A DNA stretch of 64,000 bases from Escherichia coli (GCF_009931435.1 NZ_CP043414.1); one strand, 5' to 3'; positions 10,969 to 22,446 are shown, counted from the first letter of the stretch. The notes: generated by a model not told the origin, from the sequence alone. Translations and numbers: made by a program.

Positions 10969-11075
10969 CATGCCGGATGCGGCGTGAACGCCTTATCCGT
11001 CCTACAAAATAGTGCAAATTCAATATATTGCACCATCCTCGTAGGCCTGATGAACGTAGCGTATCAGGCTATCAT
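10969..11075. repeat. BIME / REP palindromic units
   Basis: tgccggatgcggcgtgaacgccttatcc ... gtaggcctgatgaacgtagcgtatcaggc, canonical REP consensus in inverted pair. Confidence 0.85.
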
Positions 11076-11123
11076 AAGTAAAAAGGGCGATCTTCCGACC
11101 GCCCTTTTTCTTATTTAATGTGT

Positions 11124-12764
11124 TTACGCGTTTTTCAGAACTTCGCTAACAATCTCAACCGCTTCTTTCTCGATCTGCTTGCGATGTTCTTCACCGAGGA
11201 AGCTTTCGCAGTAGATTTTGTATGCGTCTTCCGTGCCTGACGGACGCGCGGCGAACCAGCCGTTGTCAGTCATCACTTTCAGACCGCCAATAGAAGCACC
11301 GTTGCCCGGTGCCGCCGTCAGGCGCGCGGTGATCGGGTCACCAGCCAGGGTGCTGGCGCTCACCATTTCCGGAGACAGCTTAGACAGCGCCGCTTTTTGT
11401 GCGGAAGTCGCAGCTGCCTGCAAACGGTTATAGCTCGGCGCACCAAAGCGTTTTGCCAGTTCGTTGTAGTGTTCCTGCGGGTTCTTACCAGTGACAGCGG
11501 TGATTTCCGCCGCCAGCAGACACATGATAATGCCGTCTTTATCAGTCGACCACGGCGTACCGTCGAAACGCAGGAAGGAAGCCCCCGCGCTCTCTTCGCC
11601 GCCAAAGCCAAAGCTGCCGTCGAACAGACCATCCACAAACCATTTGAAGCCTACCGGGACTTCTACCAGCTTACGGCCTAAGTCATTGACCACACGGTCG
11701 ATCATCGCAGATGAAACCAGCGTTTTACCGACAGCAACATCTTTGCCCCACTGCGGACGATGCTGGAACAGGTAGTTGATCGCCACCGCCAGGTAGTGGT
11801 TAGGATTCATCAAACCTGCCGGAGTGACGATACCGTGACGGTCATAATCCGGGTCGTTAGCAAATGCCAGATCGAACTTATCACGCAGTGCCAGCAGGCC
11901 CGCCATCGCACACTCGGAGGAGCAGTCCATACGGATCGCGCCGTCTTTATCGAGGTGCATAAAGCGGAAGGTTTGATCGACCTGATCGTTAACGATGGTC
12001 AGGTTAAGGTTGTAATACTCGCCAATACGCTTCCAGTATTCGATACCGGAACCGCCCAGCGGATCAACGCCCAGCGTCAGGCCCGCTTTCTGAATCGCCG
12101 CCATATCAACGATATCGGCCAGACCTTCCACAAACGGCTGCACCAGATCCTGCTCTTTCACATGACCGGATGCCATCGCTTCGTCGAGGGAGATACGCTT
12201 CACACCTTTCAGGCCATCGGCCATCAGTGCGTTGGCCCTGTCCTCCACCACTTTGGTGACGTTAGTATCAGCCGGGCCACCATTTGGCGGATTGTACTTG
12301 ATACCACCATCTTCCGGCGGGTTATGGGACGGTGTAATCACGATACCGTCTGCCAGCGGGCCACCTTTTTTATTGTGAACCAGGATGGCATTGGAAACGG
12401 CAGGCGTCGGAGTGAAGCCATTGTTTTCCTGCACAATAACATCTACGCCGTTCGCTGCCAGCACTTCCAGTACGGAAATGAACGCAGGCTCGGACAGGGC
12501 GTGAGTATCTTTACCCACATAGCAAGGGCCAGTGATGCCGTTTTTCGCACGTTCTTCAGCAATTGCCTGAGCGATCGCCAGAATATGCGGCTCGTTAAAG
12601 CTGTGGCGCGCTGCACTGCCACGGTGACCGGAAGTACCGAATTTCACCGCGTGCTCCGCATTCCCTGCTTCAGGTTTCAGTACATAATATTGCGCCGTCA
12701 GTTGGGCGACGTTAATCAAATCACTCTGTTGTGCAGGTTGGCCTGCACGATTGTGGATTGCCAT
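11124..12764 (-). CDS. pgm: phosphoglucomutase
   Basis: ORF track 11124..12815; start placed at ATG 12764 (MAIHNRAGQ...), 546 aa; TSGHRGS active-site serine motif. Confidence 0.95.
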   Translation of the reverse strand: MAIHNRAGQPAQQSDLINVAQLTAQYYVLKPEAGNAEHAVKFGTSGHRGSAARHSFNEPHILAIAQAIAEERAKNGITGPCYVGKDTHALSEPAFISVLEVLAANGVDVIVQENNGFTPTPAVSNAILVHNKKGGPLADGIVITPSHNPPEDGGIKYNPPNGGPADTNVTKVVEDRANALMADGLKGVKRISLDEAMASGHVKEQDLVQPFVEGLADIVDMAAIQKAGLTLGVDPLGGSGIEYWKRIGEYYNLNLTIVNDQVDQTFRFMHLDKDGAIRMDCSSECAMAGLLALRDKFDLAFANDPDYDRHGIVTPAGLMNPNHYLAVAINYLFQHRPQWGKDVAVGKTLVSSAMIDRVVNDLGRKLVEVPVGFKWFVDGLFDGSFGFGGEESAGASFLRFDGTPWSTDKDGIIMCLLAAEITAVTGKNPQEHYNELAKRFGAPSYNRLQAAATSAQKAALSKLSPEMVSASTLAGDPITARLTAAPGNGASIGGLKVMTDNGWFAARPSGTEDAYKIYCESFLGEEHRKQIEKEAVEIVSEVLKNA

Positions 12765-12789
12765 TGCTTTGTCCTTTGTCTGCAACGTT

Positions 12790-13335
12790 TTAGATAGTTC
12801 CGCAAACCTTCTCAATCAATTCCGCCGGGAATTGCATCGACTGCATGATGTGTTCGATCATGCTGCATTTACGGCCGGTGTTGGTGTTGGTGATCACCCA
12901 ATATGGCGTGCCTGGCACATGTTTCGGCTTGGTCTGATTACCATTTTTCAGCAGCGTTTGTTCATCTGCCGCAAAGTAAACGCGTGTACGACCGTGCAAC
13001 GATTCCGTGGCCTCGGCAAACGCCTGGGCGTCAAGAGAATATAGTGTAGACAACAGCAGCATGAAGCGATTGACCGCTCGCTTTTGCTCTGCGTATTCGT
13101 CTGAAAGCAAAAGTTCACGCATTGCGCGAACCTTGTCTTTAATCGTTTTGACCGGCTTCGCTTCGACGATAGCAGGTGACGCAACGCGAACCTCTTTCGT
13201 CACCGGAGCAGCAGGCTGTGATGCGGCGGAAAATTTCAACATACGCCGTAAAATGTCGGATGCGCTCTCGCCGATATGCTTAGTGTGGCTGGCAATATAG
13301 CTGTAGAGTTCATCATCAACTTCAATCGTTTTCAT
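12790..13335 (-). CDS. seqA: replication-origin sequestration protein SeqA
   Basis: ORF track 12790..13413; start placed at ATG 13335 ([11 protein letters not shown]...), 181 aa; synteny with pgm. Confidence 0.93.
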
Positions 13336-13519
13336 CTTAATCCAGTGCAGTGTCTTAGCTGAATACAAGTCGCCAGGAGTATATGAATAAATCCCGGCAG
13401 CGGATAGCGTCAAGCCTGGCTTGCAGAAAAACTCGGATTAAACCTTATTTGTTGCAGCCCTGTGGCACAATGGTCAACATAATACCCTAACCCGACAACG
13501 CGAAAAAAAGAACTTTGCC

Positions 13520-14284
13520 ATGAAATTGAATATCCGCGCGCAAACTGCACAAAACCAGCACAATAATTCTCCCATCGTTCTTGTCCATGGTCTGTTTGGC
13601 AGCCTCGACAACCTTGGCGTACTGGCTCGCGATCTGGTAAACGATCACAATATCATCCAGGTTGATATGCGTAACCACGGTCTTTCCCCGAGAGATCCGG
13701 TGATGAATTACCCGGCGATGGCGCAGGATCTTGTTGATACCCTGGATGCACTGCAGATCGATAAAGCGACATTTATTGGACACTCAATGGGCGGCAAAGC
13801 GGTGATGGCACTGACTGCACTGGCCCCCGATCGCATCGATAAACTGGTGGCGATTGATATCGCGCCGGTCGACTATCACGTACGCCGTCATGATGAGATT
13901 TTCGCGGCTATCAACGCAGTCAGTGAATCCGACGCGCAAACTCGCCAGCAAGCAGCGGCAGTAATGCGCCAGCATCTTAATGAAGAAGGGGTGATTCAGT
14001 TTCTGTTGAAATCTTTTGTTGACGGGGAGTGGCGCTTTAACGTGCCGGTATTGTGGGATCAGTATCCGCATATTGTGGGTTGGGAGAAAATCCCGGCATG
14101 GGATCACCCTGCCCTGTTTATCCCAGGCGGCAATTCTCCGTATGTTAGCGAGCAGTATCGTGATGATTTACTGACACAATTTCCACAGGCACGAGCGCAT
14201 GTGATTGCTGGCGCGGGTCACTGGGTCCATGCTGAAAAACCGGATGCTGTATTACGCGCTATCCGTCGCTATCTCAATGATTAA
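13520..14284 (+). CDS. ybfF: alpha/beta-hydrolase esterase YbfF
   Basis: ORF track 13520..14284, 254 aa; GHSMGG nucleophile elbow. Confidence 0.9.
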   Translation: MKLNIRAQTAQNQHNNSPIVLVHGLFGSLDNLGVLARDLVNDHNIIQVDMRNHGLSPRDPVMNYPAMAQDLVDTLDALQIDKATFIGHSMGGKAVMALTALAPDRIDKLVAIDIAPVDYHVRRHDEIFAAINAVSESDAQTRQQAAAVMRQHLNEEGVIQFLLKSFVDGEWRFNVPVLWDQYPHIVGWEKIPAWDHPALFIPGGNSPYVSEQYRDDLLTQFPQARAHVIAGAGHWVHAEKPDAVLRAIRRYLND

Positions 14285-14423
14285 CGTAACTGATTAAAAA
14301 CCCAGCGTCCGCGTCGCTTTCCGCGCGTGGGCGTTGGCGTGACTCATCGCGCTGATGTATTATGGCGCGCTATCCATCCGGGCAGGCGCCTGGCTGATTG
14401 TTTCCCCCGAAGTCACCAAGATC

Positions 14424-14717
14424 ATGGCCAAAGAACAAACGGACCGTACGACATTAGATCTGTTCGCGCACGAGCGTCGACCGGGACGACCGAAAACTAA
14501 TCCGCTTTCGCGCGATGAACAGCTGCGTATTAATAAACGCAACCAGCTAAAACGCGACAAAGTACGTGGCCTTAAGCGTGTCGAACTGAAGCTGAACGCG
14601 GAAGCTGTCGAGGCGCTGAACGAGCTGGCGGAATCGCGCAATATGAGCCGTAGCGAACTGATCGAAGAGATGTTAATGCAGCAACTGGCGGCGCTGCGTA
14701 GCCAGGGCATCGTTTAA
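14424..14717 (+). CDS. ybfE: small CopG/RHH-like DNA-binding protein YbfE
   Basis: ORF track 14355..14717; start placed at ATG 14424 (MAKEQTDR...), 97 aa, basic and coiled. Confidence 0.8.
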   Translation: MAKEQTDRTTLDLFAHERRPGRPKTNPLSRDEQLRINKRNQLKRDKVRGLKRVELKLNAEAVEALNELAESRNMSRSELIEEMLMQQLAALRSQGIV

Positions 14718-14856
14718 TTTTCCACTTTCATGTAGCACAGTGTGCAGTCCTGCTCGTTTGCTGATTCCGCAAGACTGCCTGTTCTGCTATGATTGCCTTT
14801 ATCCGTGGGCAATTTTCCACCCCCATTTCAATAAGTTTCAAGAGGTTATTTCACTC

Positions 14857-15387
14857 ATGGCTATCACTGGCATCTTTTTCGGCAGCGACACCGGTAATAC
14901 CGAAAATATCGCAAAAATGATTCAAAAACAGCTTGGTAAAGACGTTGCCGATGTCCATGACATTGCAAAAAGCAGCAAAGAAGATCTGGAAGCATATGAC
15001 ATTCTGCTGCTGGGCATCCCAACCTGGTATTACGGCGAAGCGCAGTGTGACTGGGATGACTTCTTCCCGACTCTCGAAGAGATTGATTTCAATGGTAAAC
15101 TGGTTGCGCTATTTGGTTGTGGTGACCAGGAAGATTACGCTGAATACTTCTGTGACGCATTGGGCACCATCCGCGACATCATTGAACCGCGCGGCGCAAC
15201 TATCGTTGGTCACTGGCCAACTGCGGGCTACCACTTCGAAGCATCAAAAGGTCTGGCAGATGACGACCACTTTGTCGGACTGGCTATCGACGAAGATCGT
15301 CAGCCGGAACTGACCGCTGAACGTGTAGAAAAATGGGTTAAACAGATTTCTGAAGAGCTGCATCTCGACGAAATTCTCAATGCCTGA
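14857..15387 (+). CDS. fldA: flavodoxin 1
   Basis: ORF track 14740..15387; start placed at ATG 14857 ([16 protein letters not shown]...), 176 aa, flavodoxin FMN-binding signature. Confidence 0.95.
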
Positions 15388-15392
15388 TGTAA

Positions 15393-15425
15393 TACGGCGT
15401 AGACTCATGTCTACGCCGTATTAAT
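15393..15425 (+). terminator. rho-independent terminator after fldA
   Basis: atacggcgtagac tcat gtctacgccgtat perfect 13-bp stem followed by taat. Confidence 0.65.
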
Positions 15426-15592
15426 AGATAATGCCAATCAAAATAATTGCTACAAATTTGTAACTTTTGCCGTGGTACCTGTACAATGTTCCGGTGTTCA
15501 AGTGGCCTTGCCGTTGTAAATGTAAGCTGAGCCACGTTTTTATTAACAATATTTGCCAGGGACTTGTGGTTTTCATTTAGGCGTGGCAATTC

Positions 15593-15611
15593 TATAATGA
15601 TACGCATTATC
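15593..15611. promoter_or_regulatory. Fur box overlapping the uof/fur promoter (autoregulation)
   Basis: tataatgatacgcattatc matches 16/19 of GATAATGATAATCATTATC; overlaps a TATAAT -10 element and the uof start. Confidence 0.7.
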
Positions 15612-15683
15612 TCAAGAGCAAATTCTGTCACTTCTTCTAATGAAGTGAACCGCTTAGTAACAGGACAGATTCCGCATGACTGA
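15597..15683 (+). CDS. uof: upstream-of-fur leader ORF Uof (28 aa)
   Basis: Not in ORF track. ATG 15597 to TGA 15681-15683 translates MIRIISRANSVTSSNEVNRLVTGQIPHD; stop overlaps the fur start (ATGACTGA). Confidence 0.8.
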   Translation: MIRIISRANSVTSSNEVNRLVTGQIPHD

Positions 15684-16122
15684 TAACAATACCGCCCTAA
15701 AGAAAGCTGGCCTGAAAGTAACGCTTCCTCGCTTGAAAATCCTGGAAGTTCTTCAGGAGCCGGACAACCATCACGTCAGTGCGGAAGATTTATACAAACG
15801 TCTGATCGATATGGGTGAAGAAATTGGTCTGGCTACGGTTTATCGCGTACTGAACCAGTTTGACGATGCTGGTATCGTCACCCGCCACAATTTTGAAGGC
15901 GGTAAATCCGTATTTGAACTGACACAGCAACATCACCACGATCACCTGATCTGCCTCGACTGCGGTAAGGTTATCGAATTTAGTGATGATTCCATCGAAG
16001 CGCGTCAGCGTGAAATCGCCGCAAAACATGGCATTCGCCTGACTAACCATAGTCTCTATCTTTACGGTCACTGTGCCGAAGGCGATTGCCGCGAAGATGA
16101 GCACGCGCACGAAGGCAAATAA
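15676..16122 (+). CDS. fur: ferric uptake regulator Fur
   Basis: ORF track 15676..16122, 148 aa; HHHDH and CxxC metal-binding motifs. Confidence 0.97.
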   Translation: MTDNNTALKKAGLKVTLPRLKILEVLQEPDNHHVSAEDLYKRLIDMGEEIGLATVYRVLNQFDDAGIVTRHNFEGGKSVFELTQQHHHDHLICLDCGKVIEFSDDSIEARQREIAAKHGIRLTNHSLYLYGHCAEGDCREDEHAHEGK

Positions 16123-16140
16123 GCCAGTCTGAACGAGAAA

Positions 16141-16165
16141 AGCCAACCTGCGGGTTGGCTTTTTT
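16141..16165. terminator. terminator between convergent fur and chiQ
   Basis: agccaacc tgcg ggttggct followed by ttttt. Confidence 0.75.
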
Positions 16166-16205
16166 ATACAAGGGACATAAGAAAAGCGAGAGTTACAGCT
16201 CTCAC

Positions 16206-16532
16206 TTATTTGTTATTGCTGCGAATTTCCTGCCAGACCTTATCACAATCGGTTTTCACCGCCTGGTCATTACCGGTTTGCGTTGCCTGAATGCACTGCT
16301 GATAATCCAGCACACGGACACTTTCCTGCTCGGCAAATTGCTGATGTTGTTTCTCTTTCTTCAGCACGTTTAACACGCTCTGACAGGCTTCAATTTTTTC
16401 CGGCGAACCTTGCGCGGTGTTGATACAGGCGCTGTAAGCTTCTTTCAGATGGCTGTCTTCCTGTGGCGCGGTGGATTGTGCACAAGCCACCAGCCCCGAT
16501 GCCATCATGGCGATGAGAATCAGTTTTTTCAT
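16206..16532 (-). CDS. chiQ: lipoprotein ChiQ (YbfN)
   Basis: ORF track 16206..16532, 108 aa; signal peptide with lipobox LVAC; downstream of chiP on same strand. Confidence 0.85.
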   Translation of the reverse strand: MKKLILIAMMASGLVACAQSTAPQEDSHLKEAYSACINTAQGSPEKIEACQSVLNVLKKEKQHQQFAEQESVRVLDYQQCIQATQTGNDQAVKTDCDKVWQEIRSNNK

Positions 16533-16581
16533 TGCAAATTCCTCAAACGTGCGGCAGGCACAAAACCTGCCGCGTCGGGCA

Positions 16582-17988
16582 TCAGAAGATGGTGAATGGT
16601 GCGATTACCATAAATTTCACGTCACGCTCATCCTGGAAGATGTTGCCGTAACCACCGCCCCAGCTTGGGATGTCGGAGTGGTTGTCGTATTCGGTAAAGT
16701 GCAGTTTGAACATCGTGCCTTTGGCGCGACCGTCCTGAATGGTGTAGACCGCATCCAGGCTGTATGCAGACTCTTCAATAGTCCGGTTCTTGTCGTAGTA
16801 CGCATCCGGATTGCTCTGCCAGGTAGCGGGTTTAGCATCCCATGCGTAAACGTAGGAAGCGCCGATGGCGAAGCCTGGAAGATTCCAGTTTTTCAGGTCA
16901 TACATCGCACCGAAGAAGACCGCTTTTTCGCCGTTGGCGTTGAAGTCAGAACGGTTATCCCACCAGATATCCAGGCGACCGTTCGAGGAAGCATAGGTTG
17001 GAGTCATACGTTGCAGGAAGTATCCCTGCTGACCGTCGGCTTTAACCCAGGTGCCTTCCAGACGCAAATCCACTACGTCAGCCGCCCGGTAACCAAAGGT
17101 CAACGCTTGCAGCCAGGCAGTGCCGTCGTAAAGGTCGTTGACGCTGCGATCGTCAACTTTATCGCGCGTACCGTAGAACTGGTAGCTGGTGGTTAACGGG
17201 CTACCGGCGATATCAAATTTATAGCTGGCTTTGGCAAAATACTGATCAATATACCCTTCCGCCTGACCAAACGCCGCTTCCAGTACGAAGTTATTTTTGA
17301 AGTCGTACTTCGCCCCAAGGGAGTGTAGATAATCAACTTTAGTGGTTTTATCGTTCTGATAAAACTCATCCATTTCCAGATGCCACGGCGCTTTATATTC
17401 GTTGGTCCACATGTAGGAGAAACTCAACGCACCAGCATCGCCGTAATCAAAATTCGCCCCCGCTTCCGCCCCCTGATAAGTACCCGGCATAAAGCTCCAG
17501 TGCGGCGCTAACAGCGTCTGACCGGTTGGCTGAATATAACCTGCCCGCGCCCACACCGGACCGTATTTAAATTTGGCCGCTGCTTTATACAGGCTTATAC
17601 CGCTTTTATCGCCGGACCAGTCTTCGTCATAGGCTTTATTACTTTTTGAAAACGCGATTTCGTTCGGGTGAGAGCTGTCGCCGTTTTCCGCCATTTCAAT
17701 CGCCGTAAACGCGGCAATATCAAGGCCGAACATATCAGCAGCATAACCAGACTGAAAATCGAGGTTGGCGTTCCAGGTGGAATGAGAAAGGTTGGTTTTG
17801 TATTTGTCGCCGTCGGTAACGTCTTTACGGTCGCGTTCACGCTGCCAGTAATAGATACCGCCGGTTAAGGTTGAATCGTCGATGAATCCTTCGGCGCGAG
17901 CCTCCGGCATTGCCATAAAGCCCGACATTGCTGTAACACTGGCGATAGCCAGCGCCAGCGTACTACGTTTGCCACTAAACGTACGCAT
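16582..17988 (-). CDS. chiP: chitoporin ChiP (OprD-family outer-membrane porin)
   Basis: ORF track 16582..17988, 468 aa; signal peptide, C-terminal aromatic residue (…FTIF) typical of beta-barrels. Confidence 0.93.
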   Translation of the reverse strand: MRTFSGKRSTLALAIASVTAMSGFMAMPEARAEGFIDDSTLTGGIYYWQRERDRKDVTDGDKYKTNLSHSTWNANLDFQSGYAADMFGLDIAAFTAIEMAENGDSSHPNEIAFSKSNKAYDEDWSGDKSGISLYKAAAKFKYGPVWARAGYIQPTGQTLLAPHWSFMPGTYQGAEAGANFDYGDAGALSFSYMWTNEYKAPWHLEMDEFYQNDKTTKVDYLHSLGAKYDFKNNFVLEAAFGQAEGYIDQYFAKASYKFDIAGSPLTTSYQFYGTRDKVDDRSVNDLYDGTAWLQALTFGYRAADVVDLRLEGTWVKADGQQGYFLQRMTPTYASSNGRLDIWWDNRSDFNANGEKAVFFGAMYDLKNWNLPGFAIGASYVYAWDAKPATWQSNPDAYYDKNRTIEESAYSLDAVYTIQDGRAKGTMFKLHFTEYDNHSDIPSWGGGYGNIFQDERDVKFMVIAPFTIF

Positions 17989-18342
17989 GGGTTAATCCTC
18001 TTTGACGTATAAATTGCTGCACCAAAGGTGAACAGCGAAAAAAATAAAAATTAAAAAAGTAGCGTTGAGAAAAGTCTCGCTGACTACAGGAACAGACTAT
18101 TTTTCGCGACGCGAATTATCAATCTCTTTCTGTAACCAGAATGTAAGAACATGAGCAACCGCACATATTTTGATGATTTTTGTTACAAGGCTTAAGTTTG
18201 TAGTTGAAAGGTTTACAAAAGAATAAAAGCCTGAGTTTCCAGCAAGATGAAAGCGGTTACATTTTATTTAATTATGCTTTGTGATTTTAAATTTGTTTTA
18301 TGGATAAATTGTGAAACGGAATTAATTCGCGAAGAAAAGCAG

Positions 18343-18375
18343 AAAAAAAACGCCGCGGAGCGCGGCGTTTGGGTT
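18343..18375. terminator. bidirectional hairpin terminator (serves glnS on the minus strand)
   Basis: A8 - cgccgcg gag cgcggcg - tttgggtttg; T-tract on both strands. Confidence 0.75.
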
Positions 18376-18387
18376 TGTTTGCTATTT

Positions 18388-18560
18388 CTTGCCGGATGCG
18401 GCGTGAACGCCTTATCCGGCCTACAAAAGCACGCAAATTCAATATATGGCAGAGATCATGTAGGCCTGATAAGCGTAGCGCATCAGGCAATTTAGCGTTT
18501 GAAACTGTTTCTATGTTTCTTGCCGGATGTGGCGTAAATGCCTCACCCGGCCTGGTAGAA
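18388..18560. repeat. BIME with three REP units
   Basis: gccggatgcggcgtgaacgccttatccggcctac ... gtaggcctgataagcgtagcgcatcaggc ... gccggatgtggcgtaaatgcctcacccggcc. Confidence 0.85.
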
Positions 18561-18567
18561 CTTAAAA

Positions 18568-20232
18568 CTACTCGCCTACTTTCGCCCAGGTATCACGCAG
18601 CCCAACGGTGCGGTTAAATACCGGTTTTTCCGCCGTAGAATGGCGGCTGTCGAGGCAGAAATAACCTTCACGCTCAAACTGGAATGCTTTGCCCGCTACC
18701 GCGTCTTTCAGCGACGGTTCAGCAAAGCCCTGTTTGATCACCAGCGATTCCGGGTTAATCACCGACAGGAAATCATCCGCAGCACCTGGGTTCGGCACGC
18801 TGAACAGACGATCGTACAGGCGGATTTCAACCGGCAGCGCATGTGCCGCGCTCACCCAGTGAATAACGCCTTTCACTTTACGACCATCTGCCGGATCTTT
18901 GCTTAAGGTGTCGGCGTCATAAGTACAGAAGATGGTGGTGATGTTGCCTTCGGCATCTTTCTCCACGCGTTCAGCCTTAATGACGTAAGCATTACGCAGA
19001 CGCACTTCTTTACCCAGCACCAGACGTTTGTACTGCTTGTTAGCTTCTTCGCGGAAATCGGCGCGGTCGATCCAAATCTCACCGCTAAACGGCACCTGAC
19101 GGCTGCCCATTTCCGGTTTGTTCGGATGGTTCGGCATGGTGACCATTTCGCCTTCGCCCTGATAGTTTTCGATAACCAGTTTCACCGGATCGATAACTGC
19201 CATTGCGCGCGGGGCGTTTTCGTTGAGATCTTCACGAATGCAGGATTCCAGCGACGCCATCTCAATGGTGTTGTCCTGCTTGGTCACGCCAATGCGTTTG
19301 CAGAACTCACGAATAGAAGCCGCAGTGTAACCACGACGACGCAGACCGGAAATGGTCGGCATACGAGGATCATCCCAGCCTTCAACGTGCTTGTCGGTCA
19401 CCAGCAGGTTCAGCTTACGCTTGGACATCACGGTGTATTCCAGATTCAGGCGCGAGAATTCGTACTGGCGCGGGTGAACAGGAATGGTGATGTTATCCAG
19501 CACCCAGTCATACAGGCGACGGTTGTCCTGGAATTCCAGCGTACACAGAGAGTGCGTAATACCTTCCAGCGCATCGCTGATGCAGTGGGTGAAGTCGTAC
19601 ATCGGGTAGATGCACCACTTGTTACCGGTCTGGTGGTGTTCAGCAAACTTAATGCGGTACAGCACCGGATCGCGCATCACGATAAACGGCGAAGCCATGT
19701 CGATTTTCGCGCGCAGGCAGGCTTTACCTTCTTCAAAACCACCGGTACGCATTTTTTCGAACAGCGCCAGGTTCTCTTCAACGCTGCGGTCGCGGTACGG
19801 GCTGTTTTTACCCGGCTGAGTCAGGGTGCCACGATATTCGCGGATCTGTTCCGGTGTCAGTTCATCAACATACGCCAGGCCTTTATTGATCAGTTCGATC
19901 GCATAGGCGTGGAGCTGATCAAAATAATCGGAGGAGTAACGGACGTTACCAGACCAGTGAAAACCTAACCACTCTACGTCGTTTTTGATCGAATCGACAT
20001 ACTCGATATCTTCTTTTACCGGGTTAGTGTCGTCGAAACGCAGGTTGCACTGGCCTTTATAGTCCTGGGCGATCCCGAAGTTCAGGCAGATAGATTTCGC
20101 ATGGCCAATATGCAGATAGCCATTCGGCTCCGGCGGGAAACGGGTGTGTACTGTGGTGTGCTTACCACTGGCCAGATCTTCATCGATGATCTGACGGATA
20201 AAGTTAGTCGGGCGGGCTTCTGCCTCACTCAT
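18568..20232 (-). CDS. glnS: glutaminyl-tRNA synthetase
   Basis: ORF track 18568..20232, 554 aa; class I HIGH (HIGH at N-terminus) and MSK motifs. Confidence 0.97.
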   Translation of the reverse strand: MSEAEARPTNFIRQIIDEDLASGKHTTVHTRFPPEPNGYLHIGHAKSICLNFGIAQDYKGQCNLRFDDTNPVKEDIEYVDSIKNDVEWLGFHWSGNVRYSSDYFDQLHAYAIELINKGLAYVDELTPEQIREYRGTLTQPGKNSPYRDRSVEENLALFEKMRTGGFEEGKACLRAKIDMASPFIVMRDPVLYRIKFAEHHQTGNKWCIYPMYDFTHCISDALEGITHSLCTLEFQDNRRLYDWVLDNITIPVHPRQYEFSRLNLEYTVMSKRKLNLLVTDKHVEGWDDPRMPTISGLRRRGYTAASIREFCKRIGVTKQDNTIEMASLESCIREDLNENAPRAMAVIDPVKLVIENYQGEGEMVTMPNHPNKPEMGSRQVPFSGEIWIDRADFREEANKQYKRLVLGKEVRLRNAYVIKAERVEKDAEGNITTIFCTYDADTLSKDPADGRKVKGVIHWVSAAHALPVEIRLYDRLFSVPNPGAADDFLSVINPESLVIKQGFAEPSLKDAVAGKAFQFEREGYFCLDSRHSTAEKPVFNRTVGLRDTWAKVGE

Positions 20233-20352
20233 CGTGGATTCCTCAAAGCGTAAACAACGTATAACGGCGTATGATCTTATAAGCGGGACAGGCTGACAAC
20301 TGTTAGTTAGTGAAAATCGAAAATCTCACTGAGATTATGGGGATGATTGATG

Positions 20353-20388
20353 AAAAAAAAAGCGGCAGAGAAGATCTCCACCGCTTTT
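20353..20388 (-). terminator. rho-independent terminator after nagE (minus strand)
   Basis: On minus strand aaagcggtgg ... gccgcttt stem followed by T9. Confidence 0.65.
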
Positions 20389-20408
20389 GCCAGTCCTGCG
20401 TCATTGTT

Positions 20409-20489
20409 GGATGCGACGCTTAAGCGTCTTATCCAACCTGGACTGAGCTTTTGTAGGCCTGATAAGACGCGTCATGCGTCGCATCAGGC
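20409..20489. repeat. REP elements (two units)
   Basis: ggatgcgacgcttaagcgtcttatcc and gtaggcctgataagacgcgtcatgcgtcgcatcaggc. Confidence 0.8.
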
Positions 20490-20499
20490 ATGAAGCAGA

Positions 20500-22446
20500 T
20501 TACTTTTTGATTTCATACAGCGGCGTTTGACCCGCCACAACATGACCCTGAGCTTTAATGATAAGGCCGCTGAAATCGTCGATATTGCTGCAAACCACCG
20601 GGCTAATCATCGAACGGGCGTTAGCGTTCAGGTAATCCAGATCCATTTCCAGAATCGGTTGCCCTGCGCTTACTTGCGCCCCCTCTTCCACCAAACGTTT
20701 AAAGCCTTTGCCTTCCAGCGCTACGGTGTCGATACCCATATGGACGACAATCTCAGCGCCTTTTTCGGTTTCCAGGCAGAACGCGTGATTGGTGTTGAAG
20801 ATTTTTACGATTGTCCCTGCGGCTGGCGATACGACGATTTTATCCGTCGGTTTCACCGCCACACCGTCACCCACCGCTTTGCTGGCAAATGCTTCGTCAG
20901 GAACCTGATCCAGCGCCACAACATCACCGGTAATCGGCGATACCAGCTCCGCGACAGACACCGCGTTTGGTACGGCCTGCGGTTTTGCTACAGGCACGGT
21001 AGTTGCAGGCGCAGTTTCAGCAGAGGCGGCTGCTACCGGACCACGGGCAACGACTTTCTTCATTGCATCGCCAATGGATTCCGCTTTCGCGCCAACAATC
21101 ACCTGAATAGTCTGTTTGTTCAGTTTCACTACCCCAGAAGCACCCAGACGTTTACACATCGTATCGTTAACGCGGGCAGAGTCAGCCACGGTCAGACGCA
21201 GACGGGTGATACAGGCGTCAATCGCTTTCAGGTTGTCAGTACCGCCAACCGCAGCAATATAGTTGGTCGCCAGTTGAGTCAGGCCTTCCTCGGTATTGCT
21301 GTTGGCTTCTTCAGTAACGATCTCGTCTTCTTTATCTTCGCGACCCGGCGTTTTCAGATTGAACATGCGGATAACCACACTGAACACCACGAAGTAGATA
21401 GCGAAGAACACAACCCCCATCACCAGCAGCATCCAGACGTTCTGGCTGGCGGCCGGCAGGTTATACATCAACGCGTAGTCGATAGCCCCCGCAGAGAAGG
21501 AGAAGCCAGCATGGATACCCAGCAGCGTTGCCACAAACAGGCTGATACCCGTCAGCAGTGCGTGCAGGAGGTACAGCAGCGGTGCAAGGAACATGAACAG
21601 GAATTCCAGCGGCTCAGTCACACCGGTCAGGAACGCAGTAACAGCAACAGAAAGCAGCATACCGCCAACCATCGGACGACGCTCTTTCGGTGCTGCGAAG
21701 TACATCGCCAGCGCCGCGCCCGGCAGACCGAACATCATAATCGGGAAGAAGCCGGACATGAACATCCCCGCGGTGCCGTCACCGGCATAGAAGCGGTTAA
21801 TGTCGCCGTGGAAAACCGTACCCGCCGCGTTGGTGAATTCACCAATCTGGAACCAGGCGATGGTGTTCAGCACCTGATGCAGACCGGTTGGGATCAGCAG
21901 ACGGTTGATGAAACCAAAGATACCGGAACCCAGCGCGCCCGCAGAAACGATCCATTCGCCGCCTGCATGGATAGCGTGCTGTACCGGTGGCCAGACGTAA
22001 CCAAAAATGGCCGCCAGCACCAGGCAGAAGAAGCCGGTGGCGATCGGCACAAAACGTTTGCCGCCGAAGAAGCTCAGGAAGTCCGGCAGTTTAATATCGG
22101 ACCAACGGTTATAGGCAGCACCACCGACCAGACCGGTAATGATACCCGCCAGTACACCCATGTTAATTTCTGGGTTGATGGTCACCATCGCTTTGGTTAA
22201 CACAAAGTAACCGACCGCACCCGCCAGCGCCGCCGCACCTGCGCTGTCTTTCGACCAGCTGGATGCCACACCGATGGCGAAGATTAATGCGAGGTTATCA
22301 AAAATCGCACCGCCCGCCTGGGCAATAAACGCAACGTTAAGTAAATCTGGCTGACCGAATCGCAGCAACAGTGCCGCCACCGGCAGCACCGCGATAGGGA
22401 GCTGTAACGCCCTACCGAGTCGCTGGAAAAAACCTAAAATATTCAT
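20500..22446 (-). CDS. nagE: PTS N-acetylglucosamine-specific EIICBA
   Basis: ORF track 20500..22446, 648 aa; N-terminal multi-TM EIIC, EIIB CITRLR cysteine motif, C-terminal EIIA. Confidence 0.96.
   Translation of the reverse strand: MNILGFFQRLGRALQLPIAVLPVAALLLRFGQPDLLNVAFIAQAGGAIFDNLALIFAIGVASSWSKDSAGAAALAGAVGYFVLTKAMVTINPEINMGVLAGIITGLVGGAAYNRWSDIKLPDFLSFFGGKRFVPIATGFFCLVLAAIFGYVWPPVQHAIHAGGEWIVSAGALGSGIFGFINRLLIPTGLHQVLNTIAWFQIGEFTNAAGTVFHGDINRFYAGDGTAGMFMSGFFPIMMFGLPGAALAMYFAAPKERRPMVGGMLLSVAVTAFLTGVTEPLEFLFMFLAPLLYLLHALLTGISLFVATLLGIHAGFSFSAGAIDYALMYNLPAASQNVWMLLVMGVVFFAIYFVVFSVVIRMFNLKTPGREDKEDEIVTEEANSNTEEGLTQLATNYIAAVGGTDNLKAIDACITRLRLTVADSARVNDTMCKRLGASGVVKLNKQTIQVIVGAKAESIGDAMKKVVARGPVAAASAETAPATTVPVAKPQAVPNAVSVAELVSPITGDVVALDQVPDEAFASKAVGDGVAVKPTDKIVVSPAAGTIVKIFNTNHAFCLETEKGAEIVVHMGIDTVALEGKGFKRLVEEGAQVSAGQPILEMDLDYLNANARSMISPVVCSNIDDFSGLIIKAQGHVVAGQTPLYEIKK

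Noticed and set aside
11760-12797. 345-aa plus-strand ORF entirely inside pgm (antisense)
   Set aside because: Antisense shadow frame of a highly expressed GC-rich gene; no RBS and no recognisable motifs, and pgm on the opposite strand is unambiguous.
14285-14423. Searched for a LexA (SOS) box CTGT-N8-ACAG upstream of ybfE
   Set aside because: Only partial matches (ctgatgtattatggcg, ctgtattacgcgctat) with the right half-site missing; not reported as a feature.
14740-15387. ORF-track 215-aa version of fldA starting at 14740
   Set aside because: The extra 39 N-terminal codons are Cys-rich read-through of the intergenic region; the flavodoxin fold begins at MAITGIFFG (14857), which has a proper RBS.
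18247-18617. Small ORFs 18247..18495 (+), 18287..18490 (-) and 18369..18617 (+) between chiP and glnS
   Set aside because: They are made almost entirely of REP/BIME palindromes and the glnS terminator; repeat-derived, not coding.
19126-19968. 280-aa plus-strand ORF antisense to glnS, and similar antisense ORFs in miaB (32071..32982), mrdA (58121..59092), nagC (24782..25624), chiP (16471..17196) and gltL (40488..41090)
   Set aside because: All lie wholly within well-supported genes on the other strand and look like stop-codon-poor antisense frames.
20527-22200. 557-aa plus-strand ORF antisense to nagE
   Set aside because: His/Arg-rich low-complexity translation typical of a shadow ORF; nagE on the minus strand carries clear PTS motifs.
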